Origin: a virus
Lineage: Duplodnaviria; Caudoviricetes
Length of the DNA stretch: 64,000 nucleotides
IMG/VR virus record: IMGVR_UViG_3300036971_000130
Direction: 5' to 3' (one strand)
The notes below the pieces were generated by a model that did no database searches, had not been told where the DNA came from, and saw nothing but the letters and a program-made list of their open reading frames with translations. Shown here one piece after another: positions 29,112 through 37,011 of the stretch. The translations under genes and the position numbers were made by a program. How positions within the stretch are numbered: position 1 is the stretch's first letter; each line of letters begins with the position of its first letter.

Positions 29112-29279
29112 GCTGGTTCGTGACCTTCATCGGTGCGGCTTTCGGGTTTGCGCTTCCCGAGCGGAGTGACCGCCGGGGTGCTCCGCTGTCATGGGGCGGA
29201 GGGGCAACGGGTTGGACTGTACACGATCGGGTCTCGAAGGCAAGCCGTCGATCTGAAAATCGTAGAGACATAGAGGGAG

Positions 29280-29481
29280 AGAGGGGTAGGGGGGTAAATT
29301 ATAGACATATGTATGGGTTTTCTTGTACACCTACTACTACCTACCCCTCTACCTACTCCATACAACCTACGTTCTCCCAGGTCAGAGTGGAGATCGCTGT
29401 TCTTCGCCGGATTCCAAGAATCGCCTGTTCAGACCGCAGATCCGGCACTTATCCACAGACTTGTCCACAACCTTATCCACA
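29280..29481. promoter_or_regulatory. oriC-like region: AT-rich core, 11-bp inverted repeat, DnaA-trio-like repeats, three tandem DnaA boxes
   Basis: TTATCCACA 29449, TTGTCCACA 29461 and TTATCCACA 29473; TTGTACACC-TACTACTAC 29323-29340; IR AGAGGGGTAGG 29280-29290 / CCTACCCCTCT 29340-29350. Confidence 0.7.
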
Positions 29482-29537
29482 GAAGACAGAGAGCGAACGA
29501 GTTGGACCAGACCGAAAACCCCACCCATATTGTGACC

Positions 29538-29791
29538 ATGCAGCCCGCTTTCGAGTTCGGAGACCCCATCGAGAGAGGACCCCAGAGCCGCTACTGGTGG
29601 GTCCGTCGATGCCCGGACTGCGACGAGGTGATCGCCACCGAGGAAGAACTTCCTGGCATCTCGGGTGCGAAGGATGCGATCGGGGGCTCTCGGAGGCGTC
29701 TCCGAAGGGGCGTTTCGAGCGCATCGAGGTAAAACACGAAGATGGGGGTTGCGTCCACCCTGGATGCATGTGTATCGTCCCAAGCCCATGA
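29538..29791 (+). pseudogene. Small Cys-rich protein, apparently frameshifted at a G5 run near 29682-29686
   Basis: MQPAFEFG...CPDC...KDAIGG; one extra G would continue into LSEASPKG...CVHPGCMC..P* and end in an ATGA overlap with the next gene. Confidence 0.45.
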
Positions 29792-30999
29792 CGGCCGACG
29801 CTCTCGCACAGATCAGGGACATCCTCCCCGAAGCTCTGCGACCTGGCGCGTCCAGCCTCGAAGCGGTCGAAGCGATGAAGCAGTTCCTCGTTCCCGATCT
29901 CGTCGAGCAGATCGACGCCATCCTGTCTGCTGTCTACCACCAGGAAAGTGACCCTGACCTGGTGATTCGCCTGATCGACGATGAGCCATTCATCTACGAT
30001 TGGGAGGGCATCGAGCCCGACTTCACCGACGATCCCATTGACCCCGTTGACGTACCCGATTGGGCCGACGAAACCGATGAGATCGGACCGGAGAACGAGT
30101 CAGATCCCGCCGTCGCACAGATCGACGACACGGAACAGCCTTCCGCCCACGGGGCAGTTGAGCCGTCCCACAACCACGCTGACCTGGTGGAATCCGGGTC
30201 TGACGAGGTAGCACCGGTTCCCGAACCGCAAGTTCAAGCAGCGCACGCCGACCTTCGGACCTCTACAGACGATGTCCCTGGCGAGGGTGGTCAGGACTTG
30301 GATGAGCGGAGCACCCTTGACTCCCCCAGTAGACCAACAGGGGCGACGAACACCAGCACCGAGGAACCGGACTACTTTGGCAGGCCAGAGGACTTCACGC
30401 CGGGCGTCAAGCCTGTGTTCGTGGTACCCGAGTTGTTGAGCGCCGAGTGGGATGACCCGCTGAACCGGCCACCGGAAACACCTCCTGACCAGGTTGTTCT
30501 TGCTGAACCTGTGATCGTCGAGGATGAGCCTCCCTCTGTGGATGACACGACCGAGGCAGTCCCGAAGCAACCGTCGCAACGACGGACGCAGGAGACGAAC
30601 CACTGGGACCAATACGAGAACCCGGACTACGAGTTGACCGACGGTGACATGGCAGACGCTCTGGCGGACGCCGAACGGATGTTCGATGAGATGATGCGTT
30701 CCGAGCCGGAAGCTCGTCCTCCGCCGACACCTGAACCACCCCAACCTGAACCAACACCGCTGAAGCCGCCTGTGGCTACTTCAGCGACCGATCCGAGGGA
30801 CAGTCTCATGGTCGATTCCGAGTCCGATCTTGGGCACATCCACATGCTCGTGGAGGTGCAACGAGGCAAGCGGTTCGCCAAGTGCGGCCACGAGCGCATG
30901 GACAAGGCGAAGACCAGCTACGCCGACGAGTTCACGGTGTGGCACAACGATGTGTCGTGCCCCACCTGCATCGAGGTGATGACGGCCCCCGCCGCCTGA
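29788..30999 (+). CDS. Acidic/Pro-rich disordered protein with C-terminal Zn-finger (H..CG...CPTC)
   Basis: ATG 29788 (MTADAL); about 403 aa. Confidence 0.65.
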   Translation: MTADALAQIRDILPEALRPGASSLEAVEAMKQFLVPDLVEQIDAILSAVYHQESDPDLVIRLIDDEPFIYDWEGIEPDFTDDPIDPVDVPDWADETDEIGPENESDPAVAQIDDTEQPSAHGAVEPSHNHADLVESGSDEVAPVPEPQVQAAHADLRTSTDDVPGEGGQDLDERSTLDSPSRPTGATNTSTEEPDYFGRPEDFTPGVKPVFVVPELLSAEWDDPLNRPPETPPDQVVLAEPVIVEDEPPSVDDTTEAVPKQPSQRRTQETNHWDQYENPDYELTDGDMADALADAERMFDEMMRSEPEARPPPTPEPPQPEPTPLKPPVATSATDPRDSLMVDSESDLGHIHMLVEVQRGKRFAKCGHERMDKAKTSYADEFTVWHNDVSCPTCIEVMTAPAA

Positions 31000-31000
31000 A

Positions 31001-31362
31001 CTACCTCGGGCTGATGTTCGAGCCGTTGATGTTGTAGTGGTAGACCTTGGTCTGCACGCCCGAGCGGGTCATCGTGACCGTCTGGGGACCAGCGAAACGA
31101 CCTCCGACCGAGTCGAGGTAGGTCTCTGCGTAGACGACCACCGCACGTCCAGTGGCGTCCTTGACGCTGCACTTGAACTTCTCGGTGAGGGTCGAGTCAG
31201 CGCCGTAGGTGTCGACCGTCGACTTCGTGAGCTTGCAGGAGGTCAGCTTGGCGTTGCCGCCGACGTACCTGACATCACCAGCGTTCACGAACTCGCCGGA
31301 AGGCAGGCGGTGACGACGAGGGCAATGAACATCGCTGCTGCGATCAGTGGGGTCTTCTTCAT
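31001..31362 (-). pseudogene. Lipoprotein split by a 1-nt frameshift just after the lipobox
   Basis: MKKTPLIAAAMFIALVVTAC then LPASS*; adding one base after TGC gives xSGEFVNAGDVRY... in frame with ORF 31001..31288. Confidence 0.6.
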
Positions 31363-31386
31363 GCCGAAGATGCTACCACAAGGGAG

Positions 31387-31407
31387 TTGTCCACAGGCTG
31401 TGGACAG
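31387..31407. promoter_or_regulatory. Inverted DnaA-box pair TTGTCCACA-GGC-TGTGGACAG
   Basis: Actinobacterial DnaA box plus a 1-mismatch reverse box with 3-nt spacing, in a divergent intergenic region. Confidence 0.6.
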
Positions 31408-31451
31408 TCGGACCTGGACACGTTTGGTTGTCGCCATCCATGGTGAGAATC

Positions 31452-31631
31452 ATGGACATGAACCGCTTCCAGAGGATCACCACCAACACGGAACTCGTGA
31501 ACGCCTTGTTCTACGTTCTCGTGTGGACGATGTGCCTCGTCACCAGCGTCATCGCCTTCAGGATCAACGACATCGCAGGGTTCATCACCATCCTGGTCAT
31601 CGCCTACCTGTCCAACGACAAGAAGAACTGA
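31452..31631 (+). CDS. Small two-TM membrane protein
   Basis: MDMNRF...; two hydrophobic stretches, 59 aa. Confidence 0.5.
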   Translation: MDMNRFQRITTNTELVNALFYVLVWTMCLVTSVIAFRINDIAGFITILVIAYLSNDKKN

Positions 31632-31636
31632 CCGCC

Positions 31637-32191
31637 TCAGTCCATGAAGGCTTCGAGATCACGAAGCCAGCACTGCACCGGAGCGATCCACAGCGTGCCG
31701 AGACGGCCATGCGTCAATTCGACGACCCGGAGTTCACGGGGCACGTCGTTCTTCTTGTCCTTCAGCCAGTCGAGGGCTGCGGTGAACTTCGCCGTGGTGA
31801 AGGTCTCCGTGGTCGATCGGTTCCCGACGTTCGGGTCCGGCCACTCGTAGGAAGCCGCCAGCCAGCGGACGGTGACACCGTCGTCGAGCACCTTGCGTGA
31901 GTTCGGGAGCGGCACCATCGCAGCGCCCCAGAGAGCCCCGGCGTTGAGCCTCTGGCGCTCAGCGCCATCGGACCCCTGACGGATGCCGGACGTGACGTTC
32001 TTCCACGCCTTCACCTGGACCACGGTGTCACGAAGGATGCGTACATCCCCCATGTCCTCCTTGCGGCCAGCGCCGAGTTCACGCATCCGCACGCCGGACT
32101 TCAGCATGTGCTCGGGAGCGATCTCCAACAGGACAGCGACAGCTTCCCGCTCGAACGCATCGCCCTTGTTCTTGTTGGCGTTCCTACCCAT
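31637..32191 (-). CDS. PD-(D/E)XK Holliday junction resolvase-like nuclease
   Basis: NKNKGDAFERE...EDMGD...VVQVK pattern of Hjc/phage-type resolvases. Confidence 0.75.
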   Translation of the reverse strand: MGRNANKNKGDAFEREAVAVLLEIAPEHMLKSGVRMRELGAGRKEDMGDVRILRDTVVQVKAWKNVTSGIRQGSDGAERQRLNAGALWGAAMVPLPNSRKVLDDGVTVRWLAASYEWPDPNVGNRSTTETFTTAKFTAALDWLKDKKNDVPRELRVVELTHGRLGTLWIAPVQCWLRDLEAFMD

Positions 32192-32702
32192 TGGGTTTCT
32201 TCCTGTAGATCGAGAGGGAGAAGGAGCCGCCTGACGGCCCCTTCCTGGCCTTCACCGGGTCACCGTAGGTGATCGTCTCGTACTGGTACTGCTTCTCTGA
32301 CAGCGACCACGAGACCTTCCGTGGCTGGTCAGGAGGGAAGTACGACCGACGACGACGTTCGAGACGCCAGCGGTAGGTTCGGGTTGGCACCCACGCCGAC
32401 TTGCGCCCGTTGTGCGACTTGCAGAGGTACTGCAAGTTCTGCATCGAGGTTGCTCCGCCCTTCGACCACGGGTAGACGTGATCGGCTTCTTCGGCACCTC
32501 CACGGCACCGGAACCAGAACGGATGCTTGTGCTCGCAGCGGTCACCGCACCGTCTACGGCCGAGCTTGCGTTGCTCGTCGTCGTAGAACCTCTGCGGGTC
32601 CTTGTTGACCTGCCCTCCACGCTTCGATGCGACGAGTCCGAGGACGACGAGGACAACCAGTCCAGCGACGATCCAAGGCCAGTGGGTGAGGGCGGCGTCC
32701 AT
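32184..32702 (-). CDS. HNH endonuclease with N-terminal TM helix
   Basis: CE..C...ADHVYPWSKGGAT...NLQYLCKSHN.RK; residues 8-25 hydrophobic. Confidence 0.85.
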   Translation of the reverse strand: MDAALTHWPWIVAGLVVLVVLGLVASKRGGQVNKDPQRFYDDEQRKLGRRRCGDRCEHKHPFWFRCRGGAEEADHVYPWSKGGATSMQNLQYLCKSHNGRKSAWVPTRTYRWRLERRRRSYFPPDQPRKVSWSLSEKQYQYETITYGDPVKARKGPSGGSFSLSIYRKKPNG

Positions 32703-33385
32703 TATCCACAGGCTACTGTGGACGACCAGTTCATGCGAACAGCACCAGTGTTCGATGCGTAGCGGACCGAGTAGCTACCAGGCGAGACGCCGAAGTCCTT
32801 GGAGATGGAACCGCCAGCGGACTCGTTGATGTTCACGCCCGGCCCGGAGACGGACAGGCTGACCGTGCCATCACCGGAGACGTTCAAGCTCAACGACCCG
32901 GAGCCGGAGCAGGTGATCGTCTGAGTCTTCGACACGCCGCTCTGCGGTCTCGTGGTGACCACCGGCGGCTGCGTGGTGACGACAGGTGGGTCGGTGACCA
33001 CCGGAGGATCGGTCCTCGGAGTGGTGACCACCGGCGGATCAGTGGTCGGAACGGTCTCGGGTGACGTGGTGATGACCGGAGCTTCGGTGGTGGTCGTGGA
33101 CTCCACCGGTTCCTCAACGGTCGTCGTGGTTTCCTTCGGCTTCCCGGTCGTCGACGTGGTCGTAGGCGGCGTCGTGTTCGTGGTCTCCGTGGCCTTCGAC
33201 GTGGTCGTCGAACCGTTCGCCACAGCGGGGGTCTTCTTGCCGCCCTGACCGATCGCCAGGAAGCCACCTACCCCGAGCACCACGATGACCGTGAGGACGG
33301 CAACGACGAGCTTCAGGGGTACGCCGAACCTCCACCGGAAGGTGGAGCCCATCGACCTCTCGAACTCGATCTTGTTGCCGTCCAT
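32702..33385 (-). CDS. Membrane-anchored Thr/Pro-rich surface protein with small C-terminal beta domain
   Basis: ATG 33385 with RBS GAGAGGA; TM helix, TDPPVVT repeats, two Cys. Confidence 0.65.
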   Translation of the reverse strand: MDGNKIEFERSMGSTFRWRFGVPLKLVVAVLTVIVVLGVGGFLAIGQGGKKTPAVANGSTTTSKATETTNTTPPTTTSTTGKPKETTTTVEEPVESTTTTEAPVITTSPETVPTTDPPVVTTPRTDPPVVTDPPVVTTQPPVVTTRPQSGVSKTQTITCSGSGSLSLNVSGDGTVSLSVSGPGVNINESAGGSISKDFGVSPGSYSVRYASNTGAVRMNWSSTVACG

Positions 33386-33465
33386 TTCAGTCCTCTCACG
33401 AGAAGTGCCCGGCCCCATTGTAGGGACCGGGCACTCAGGTTCTCATTTAGCCCCGAAGGGCCGGA

Positions 33466-33891
33466 TCAGAAGGCTTCCTCGTCGTTGGACGCTGCGGCGG
33501 CAGTCGGACGAGCGGAACCGTTGCCACCGCCGTTGCCGGATGAGCGGGTGATCTCCGCCGTGGCGAAGGCGAGGTCGACGGACACCTTGTCTGCAACGAT
33601 CGAGGTGACGGGGACCTTGACCTCGTTACCCTCGTCGTCCTTCAGGACACGGTCGAACTGGGTCAGGTAGCCCTCGATCGTGACGCGGTCGCCCTTCTTC
33701 AGCGTCTTCGAGGCGTTGACGGCGCTGAACCAGTTGGTGACGGAGAACCGGATCGAGGTCTCGTTGTCGCCGCTGCCCTCGTTGGAGATGAGGAACAGGT
33801 TGACACGAGCCTTCTTGCCGTCAGCAGCGGGGGTGAAGGTGGGATCGGAACCGAGGTTCCCGGTGATGAACACCGTGTTGTTGAACGCCAT
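33466..33891 (-). CDS. ssb: Single-stranded DNA-binding protein
   Basis: NTVFITGNLGSDP, LKKGDRVTIEGYL, acidic tip DEEAF. Confidence 0.93.
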   Translation of the reverse strand: MAFNNTVFITGNLGSDPTFTPAADGKKARVNLFLISNEGSGDNETSIRFSVTNWFSAVNASKTLKKGDRVTIEGYLTQFDRVLKDDEGNEVKVPVTSIVADKVSVDLAFATAEITRSSGNGGGNGSARPTAAAASNDEEAF

Positions 33892-33908
33892 GATGGTGCT
33901 CCCTTGGT

Positions 33909-33954
33909 AGACCGGCCGTAGCCGGTGGTGATTGGAGACCGGCCGTAGCCGGTG
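33909..33954 (-). repeat. Two identical 19-bp hairpin-forming direct repeats in the ssb leader
   Basis: AGACCGGCCGTAGCCGGTG at 33909 and 33936; on the mRNA strand each folds as ACCGGC-UACG-GCCGGU. Confidence 0.8.
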
Positions 33955-33987
33955 ATAAGGAGCCGGAATCGCTGGCTTCTTGACTAC

Positions 33988-34009
33988 ATTCTCTACAAGG
34001 GGGCTGACA
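33988..34009 (-). promoter_or_regulatory. PafBC/RecA-NDp-type promoter of ssb, TGTCAG-N10-GAGAAT
   Basis: Same motif and spacing as at 11843, 43190, 44287 and 57627. Confidence 0.65.
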
Positions 34010-34047
34010 GTCTGTGGTGATTTACGAGGAATCTCCGAAAGATTTTC

Positions 34048-34758
34048 TCAGAACCAGTTGCCGCCGAAGGCACCGACATCGAACAGCCGCCAGGTCACGA
34101 AGCCGATGGCGAGCAGCAGGAGCGGGGAGACGATCGAGTTCTCGACGAACCCGCCGGACTTGAACAGGCCAGCGGAGAACTTCGTCTTCGTGAACGGGGC
34201 CAGCCAGGAGATACCTGCGGGCGTCGGTGTGTCACCCAGCAGGTGCGTGAAGTAGGGGACGGGGATCGCTGCGTAGAGCCACCAGTCGGGCTGGAACCCC
34301 TTGGTGGCGGCGAGCCAGGCGACGAAGATGCCGACAGGGATGGCGATGGCAGCAGCCACCTTCTCGTACTTCTCGGGGAGGATCGCTGCGGTACAGAACG
34401 GCCATCCGAGGGCGATCGTGAGGCCGAGGGTGGCACCGAGTTCCCAGCCGGGACCGAAGACGTTGATGAGCGCCCACACCCAGGCGGTCAGGAGCGGAAT
34501 GATGACGAGCGGCCAGTGGGTGCGGGTCCGGTGAGCGCCGGTGAAGATCCGCATGAAGGAACCGAGCGGTCCAGCGACCTGCGACGCCTTCGAGTGCTTC
34601 TCGTCGATGTCCGCTGCGAGAGCGGCACCTGCGGCCACGACCGCCCCGGCAACGATCACCGATGGCAGCGGGAGGTTCAGGTCCCAACGGGAGTGAGCGA
34701 GGACGAGAGCGCCACCGTAGGCAGCGACACCGGACATGGCGTGGTTGAGGCCGTTCAT
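34048..34758 (-). CDS. YdjM-like membrane-bound metal-dependent hydrolase
   Basis: M.G.NH, GAALAADID...S, HRTRTH, THLLGD..TP.G; several TM helices. Confidence 0.85.
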   Translation of the reverse strand: MNGLNHAMSGVAAYGGALVLAHSRWDLNLPLPSVIVAGAVVAAGAALAADIDEKHSKASQVAGPLGSFMRIFTGAHRTRTHWPLVIIPLLTAWVWALINVFGPGWELGATLGLTIALGWPFCTAAILPEKYEKVAAAIAIPVGIFVAWLAATKGFQPDWWLYAAIPVPYFTHLLGDTPTPAGISWLAPFTKTKFSAGLFKSGGFVENSIVSPLLLLAIGFVTWRLFDVGAFGGNWF

Positions 34759-34811
34759 GGTCACCATCATGGGTCGGGAAGCGGACGAAATCGTACCCCA
34801 TCGTGTGACAT

Positions 34812-35264
34812 GTGTGTACACTCCCCTTCGTGGAAAAATGGGATGTCAGATACCGAGCCCTGATCGAGTACGTGGAGCGTGAGGGCCTGATCCCGTCCGC
34901 CCGCCGAGATCAGCGGATGGGCTCATGGGTGGCCGAGCAGAAGCGACGGCTCCGGAAGGGGATCATGCCCACCGAGCAGCGTGAGCTTCTCGAAGCCATC
35001 GACGGTTGGTACTGGGACAACGAGGATCTCCATGCCAGGGCTGGGTACAGTTCGCTCTGGAAGCGCAACTACGACAACCTGCTCACCTACATGGCCGAGA
35101 ACAGCCGGTACCCTTCGCAGTTGAATGCGGATCGCTCGATCAGCAAGCTCGGCTCCTGGGTGTCCAGGCAGCGTCAGACGTACCGTGGGGACAAGAAGTC
35201 ACGCCCCCTCACGGCTCGACAGATCGAGATGCTCGAACGCCTCCCCCAGTGGAACTGGGGTTAG
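34812..35264 (+). CDS. Stand-alone tandem helicase-associated (HA) domain protein
   Basis: Two W...Y..L..Y....G..P.....G.WV..Q....R.......R...LE.I..W.W repeats. Confidence 0.8.
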   Translation: MCTLPFVEKWDVRYRALIEYVEREGLIPSARRDQRMGSWVAEQKRRLRKGIMPTEQRELLEAIDGWYWDNEDLHARAGYSSLWKRNYDNLLTYMAENSRYPSQLNADRSISKLGSWVSRQRQTYRGDKKSRPLTARQIEMLERLPQWNWG

Positions 35265-36820
35265 CGCCGGTACCCGAGGATGTTCTCCAAGGCGATCGCA
35301 CGACCTTCGGCGTTGGCGTCGTAGGTCTGGCTGCTTCGGTCCACGTCGTAGCCAGGCCGGATCGGGTTGTAGAGCAGGTCGCTCGGTTCCCTCTTGTCAG
35401 CGATCGCTTCAGCGGCGCTGACGTACCCGGCGACGTAGGCGGAGAGTTCAGATCCGGTCTTGTCGGTCGGCGGGATCGTGGTGCCTGCGAGAGCAGGGTG
35501 CGTCGAATGGGTCTCGGCCTTCCACCTGTCCGGGTGGTTGGTGGCGAGCGCCACGGGGCCAGAGGGTCGGGTGTACGGCTTGTTGGCTGTCCGGGCCTGG
35601 TGTGATCCGGCGATCGCCCTCGTCATCTGATCGACCGCTTCGACCGTCTTGCGTCGAGGGTTGTACGGGGACAGTGTCCTGACCGAAGCCGAGATCCTCT
35701 TGTTCGTGTCGAGCAGGACATCGAAAGCTTCGTCGTAGCTGCTCGTGGCGAGAGCCGGGTCCCTGATGATCTCGTCAGCGAAGCCGCCGAATCCCGCTCC
35801 CCACTTCCGGATGGTCCTGTGGGGGATGCCGGTCTCGCCGTGGATGTGGGCGACATCCTCGGGGCTGAGAGGGGTGCCGAGGTAGTAGCTCCCGTCCGAG
35901 AACGAACGCCCCTCCACGATGGTCGACCCGTACACGCCTTCGGGGGCGTGGTCAGCGAACAGGACGGCGATGGCCGTTCGACGACTCAGGTACACGGTGA
36001 GGTTGGGGTCCGACTCGGTCTCGAAGGTCTCGGAGGAAACGAGGCCACGGAGACCAGCGTCCGAGATGAGAGGTGGCACGGTGTCGAAGTGGTCTTCCAG
36101 GAGAGCGATGCGCTGGTTCCGACCGACGAGGTGTACCCTTTCCAGAATGCTGCCAGGCATCGGCGTTCCCGTGCCTTCCCTGCTGATCGCTCTGACGAGA
36201 TCCGATGCGACATCGTCGTTCGGTGAGATGCCGTACTCCCTGGCCTGGTCAGCGAGACGGGGGTTCGCCCCGAGTTCCTTCCAGCGAAGCGCCTCACCCA
36301 GTGGGTACCCGGAGTCGGTCCACTTCCGTTCCTCGGTGACCGGAATCCCGGCCATGAGCCATTCGAGGGACCGGTCGCATTCGGACGTGATGAGTTCGCT
36401 GTCACGCCACCCGTCGGGGAACACCGCTTCCTCGTAGGAGATGAGCAGGTCGTCCTCCCCCATCAGGCCATCCTCGGTCGAGTAGCCAGACCAGACGACC
36501 TGACCGTCGGCATCGAGAACGTAGGCCAGGTGGTCCGCTCCGTCGGGAACGTGATCGCCGTAGTCGAATGGCCTCGTCGAGATCGTGAGGGACGAGACCC
36601 AAACCGCTTCCTCCGGGTCGAAGTGGGACGGCGAGACCAGGTCGTAGACGTTGGCCTCGGTGTCGGAGTCGAAGACCGCCCCATCGAGTTCGTTCAGCCG
36701 CTCATCACGGATGGTCGAAACAGACGAGAGGTCGATGTCCGCCCCGAAGTTGTGGACGAAGCTGGTCCACCTGCCGAGACGATCACGGGGGCCGGAGCCA
36801 GGGGGCATTGTTGAGGTCAT
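35261..36820 (-). CDS. Hypothetical protein with N-terminal PRDRLGRW..H..G.DIDL tag; probably leaderless
   Basis: 519 aa; CCAATAGTT-N5-ATG; WxxxG helical repeats mid-protein. Confidence 0.7.
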   Translation of the reverse strand: MTSTMPPGSGPRDRLGRWTSFVHNFGADIDLSSVSTIRDERLNELDGAVFDSDTEANVYDLVSPSHFDPEEAVWVSSLTISTRPFDYGDHVPDGADHLAYVLDADGQVVWSGYSTEDGLMGEDDLLISYEEAVFPDGWRDSELITSECDRSLEWLMAGIPVTEERKWTDSGYPLGEALRWKELGANPRLADQAREYGISPNDDVASDLVRAISREGTGTPMPGSILERVHLVGRNQRIALLEDHFDTVPPLISDAGLRGLVSSETFETESDPNLTVYLSRRTAIAVLFADHAPEGVYGSTIVEGRSFSDGSYYLGTPLSPEDVAHIHGETGIPHRTIRKWGAGFGGFADEIIRDPALATSSYDEAFDVLLDTNKRISASVRTLSPYNPRRKTVEAVDQMTRAIAGSHQARTANKPYTRPSGPVALATNHPDRWKAETHSTHPALAGTTIPPTDKTGSELSAYVAGYVSAAEAIADKREPSDLLYNPIRPGYDVDRSSQTYDANAEGRAIALENILGYRR

Positions 36821-37011
36821 GCTCTAACTATTGGCGGGGAGCGTACCGATTTGCGTGCAGGTCGAACTGGGCCTGCACGTCGGTCGCTGCCTTGGCGTGG
36901 ATGTCCCATCGTCCGCAGGTACACTCCCCGTAGGTGGCCCCTGCCCGCTGCTTCAGGTTGTGCTCGACCGGCTTCTTGGCTGTGGTGGCTGTCGTCATCT
37001 CTCCGTCTTTC

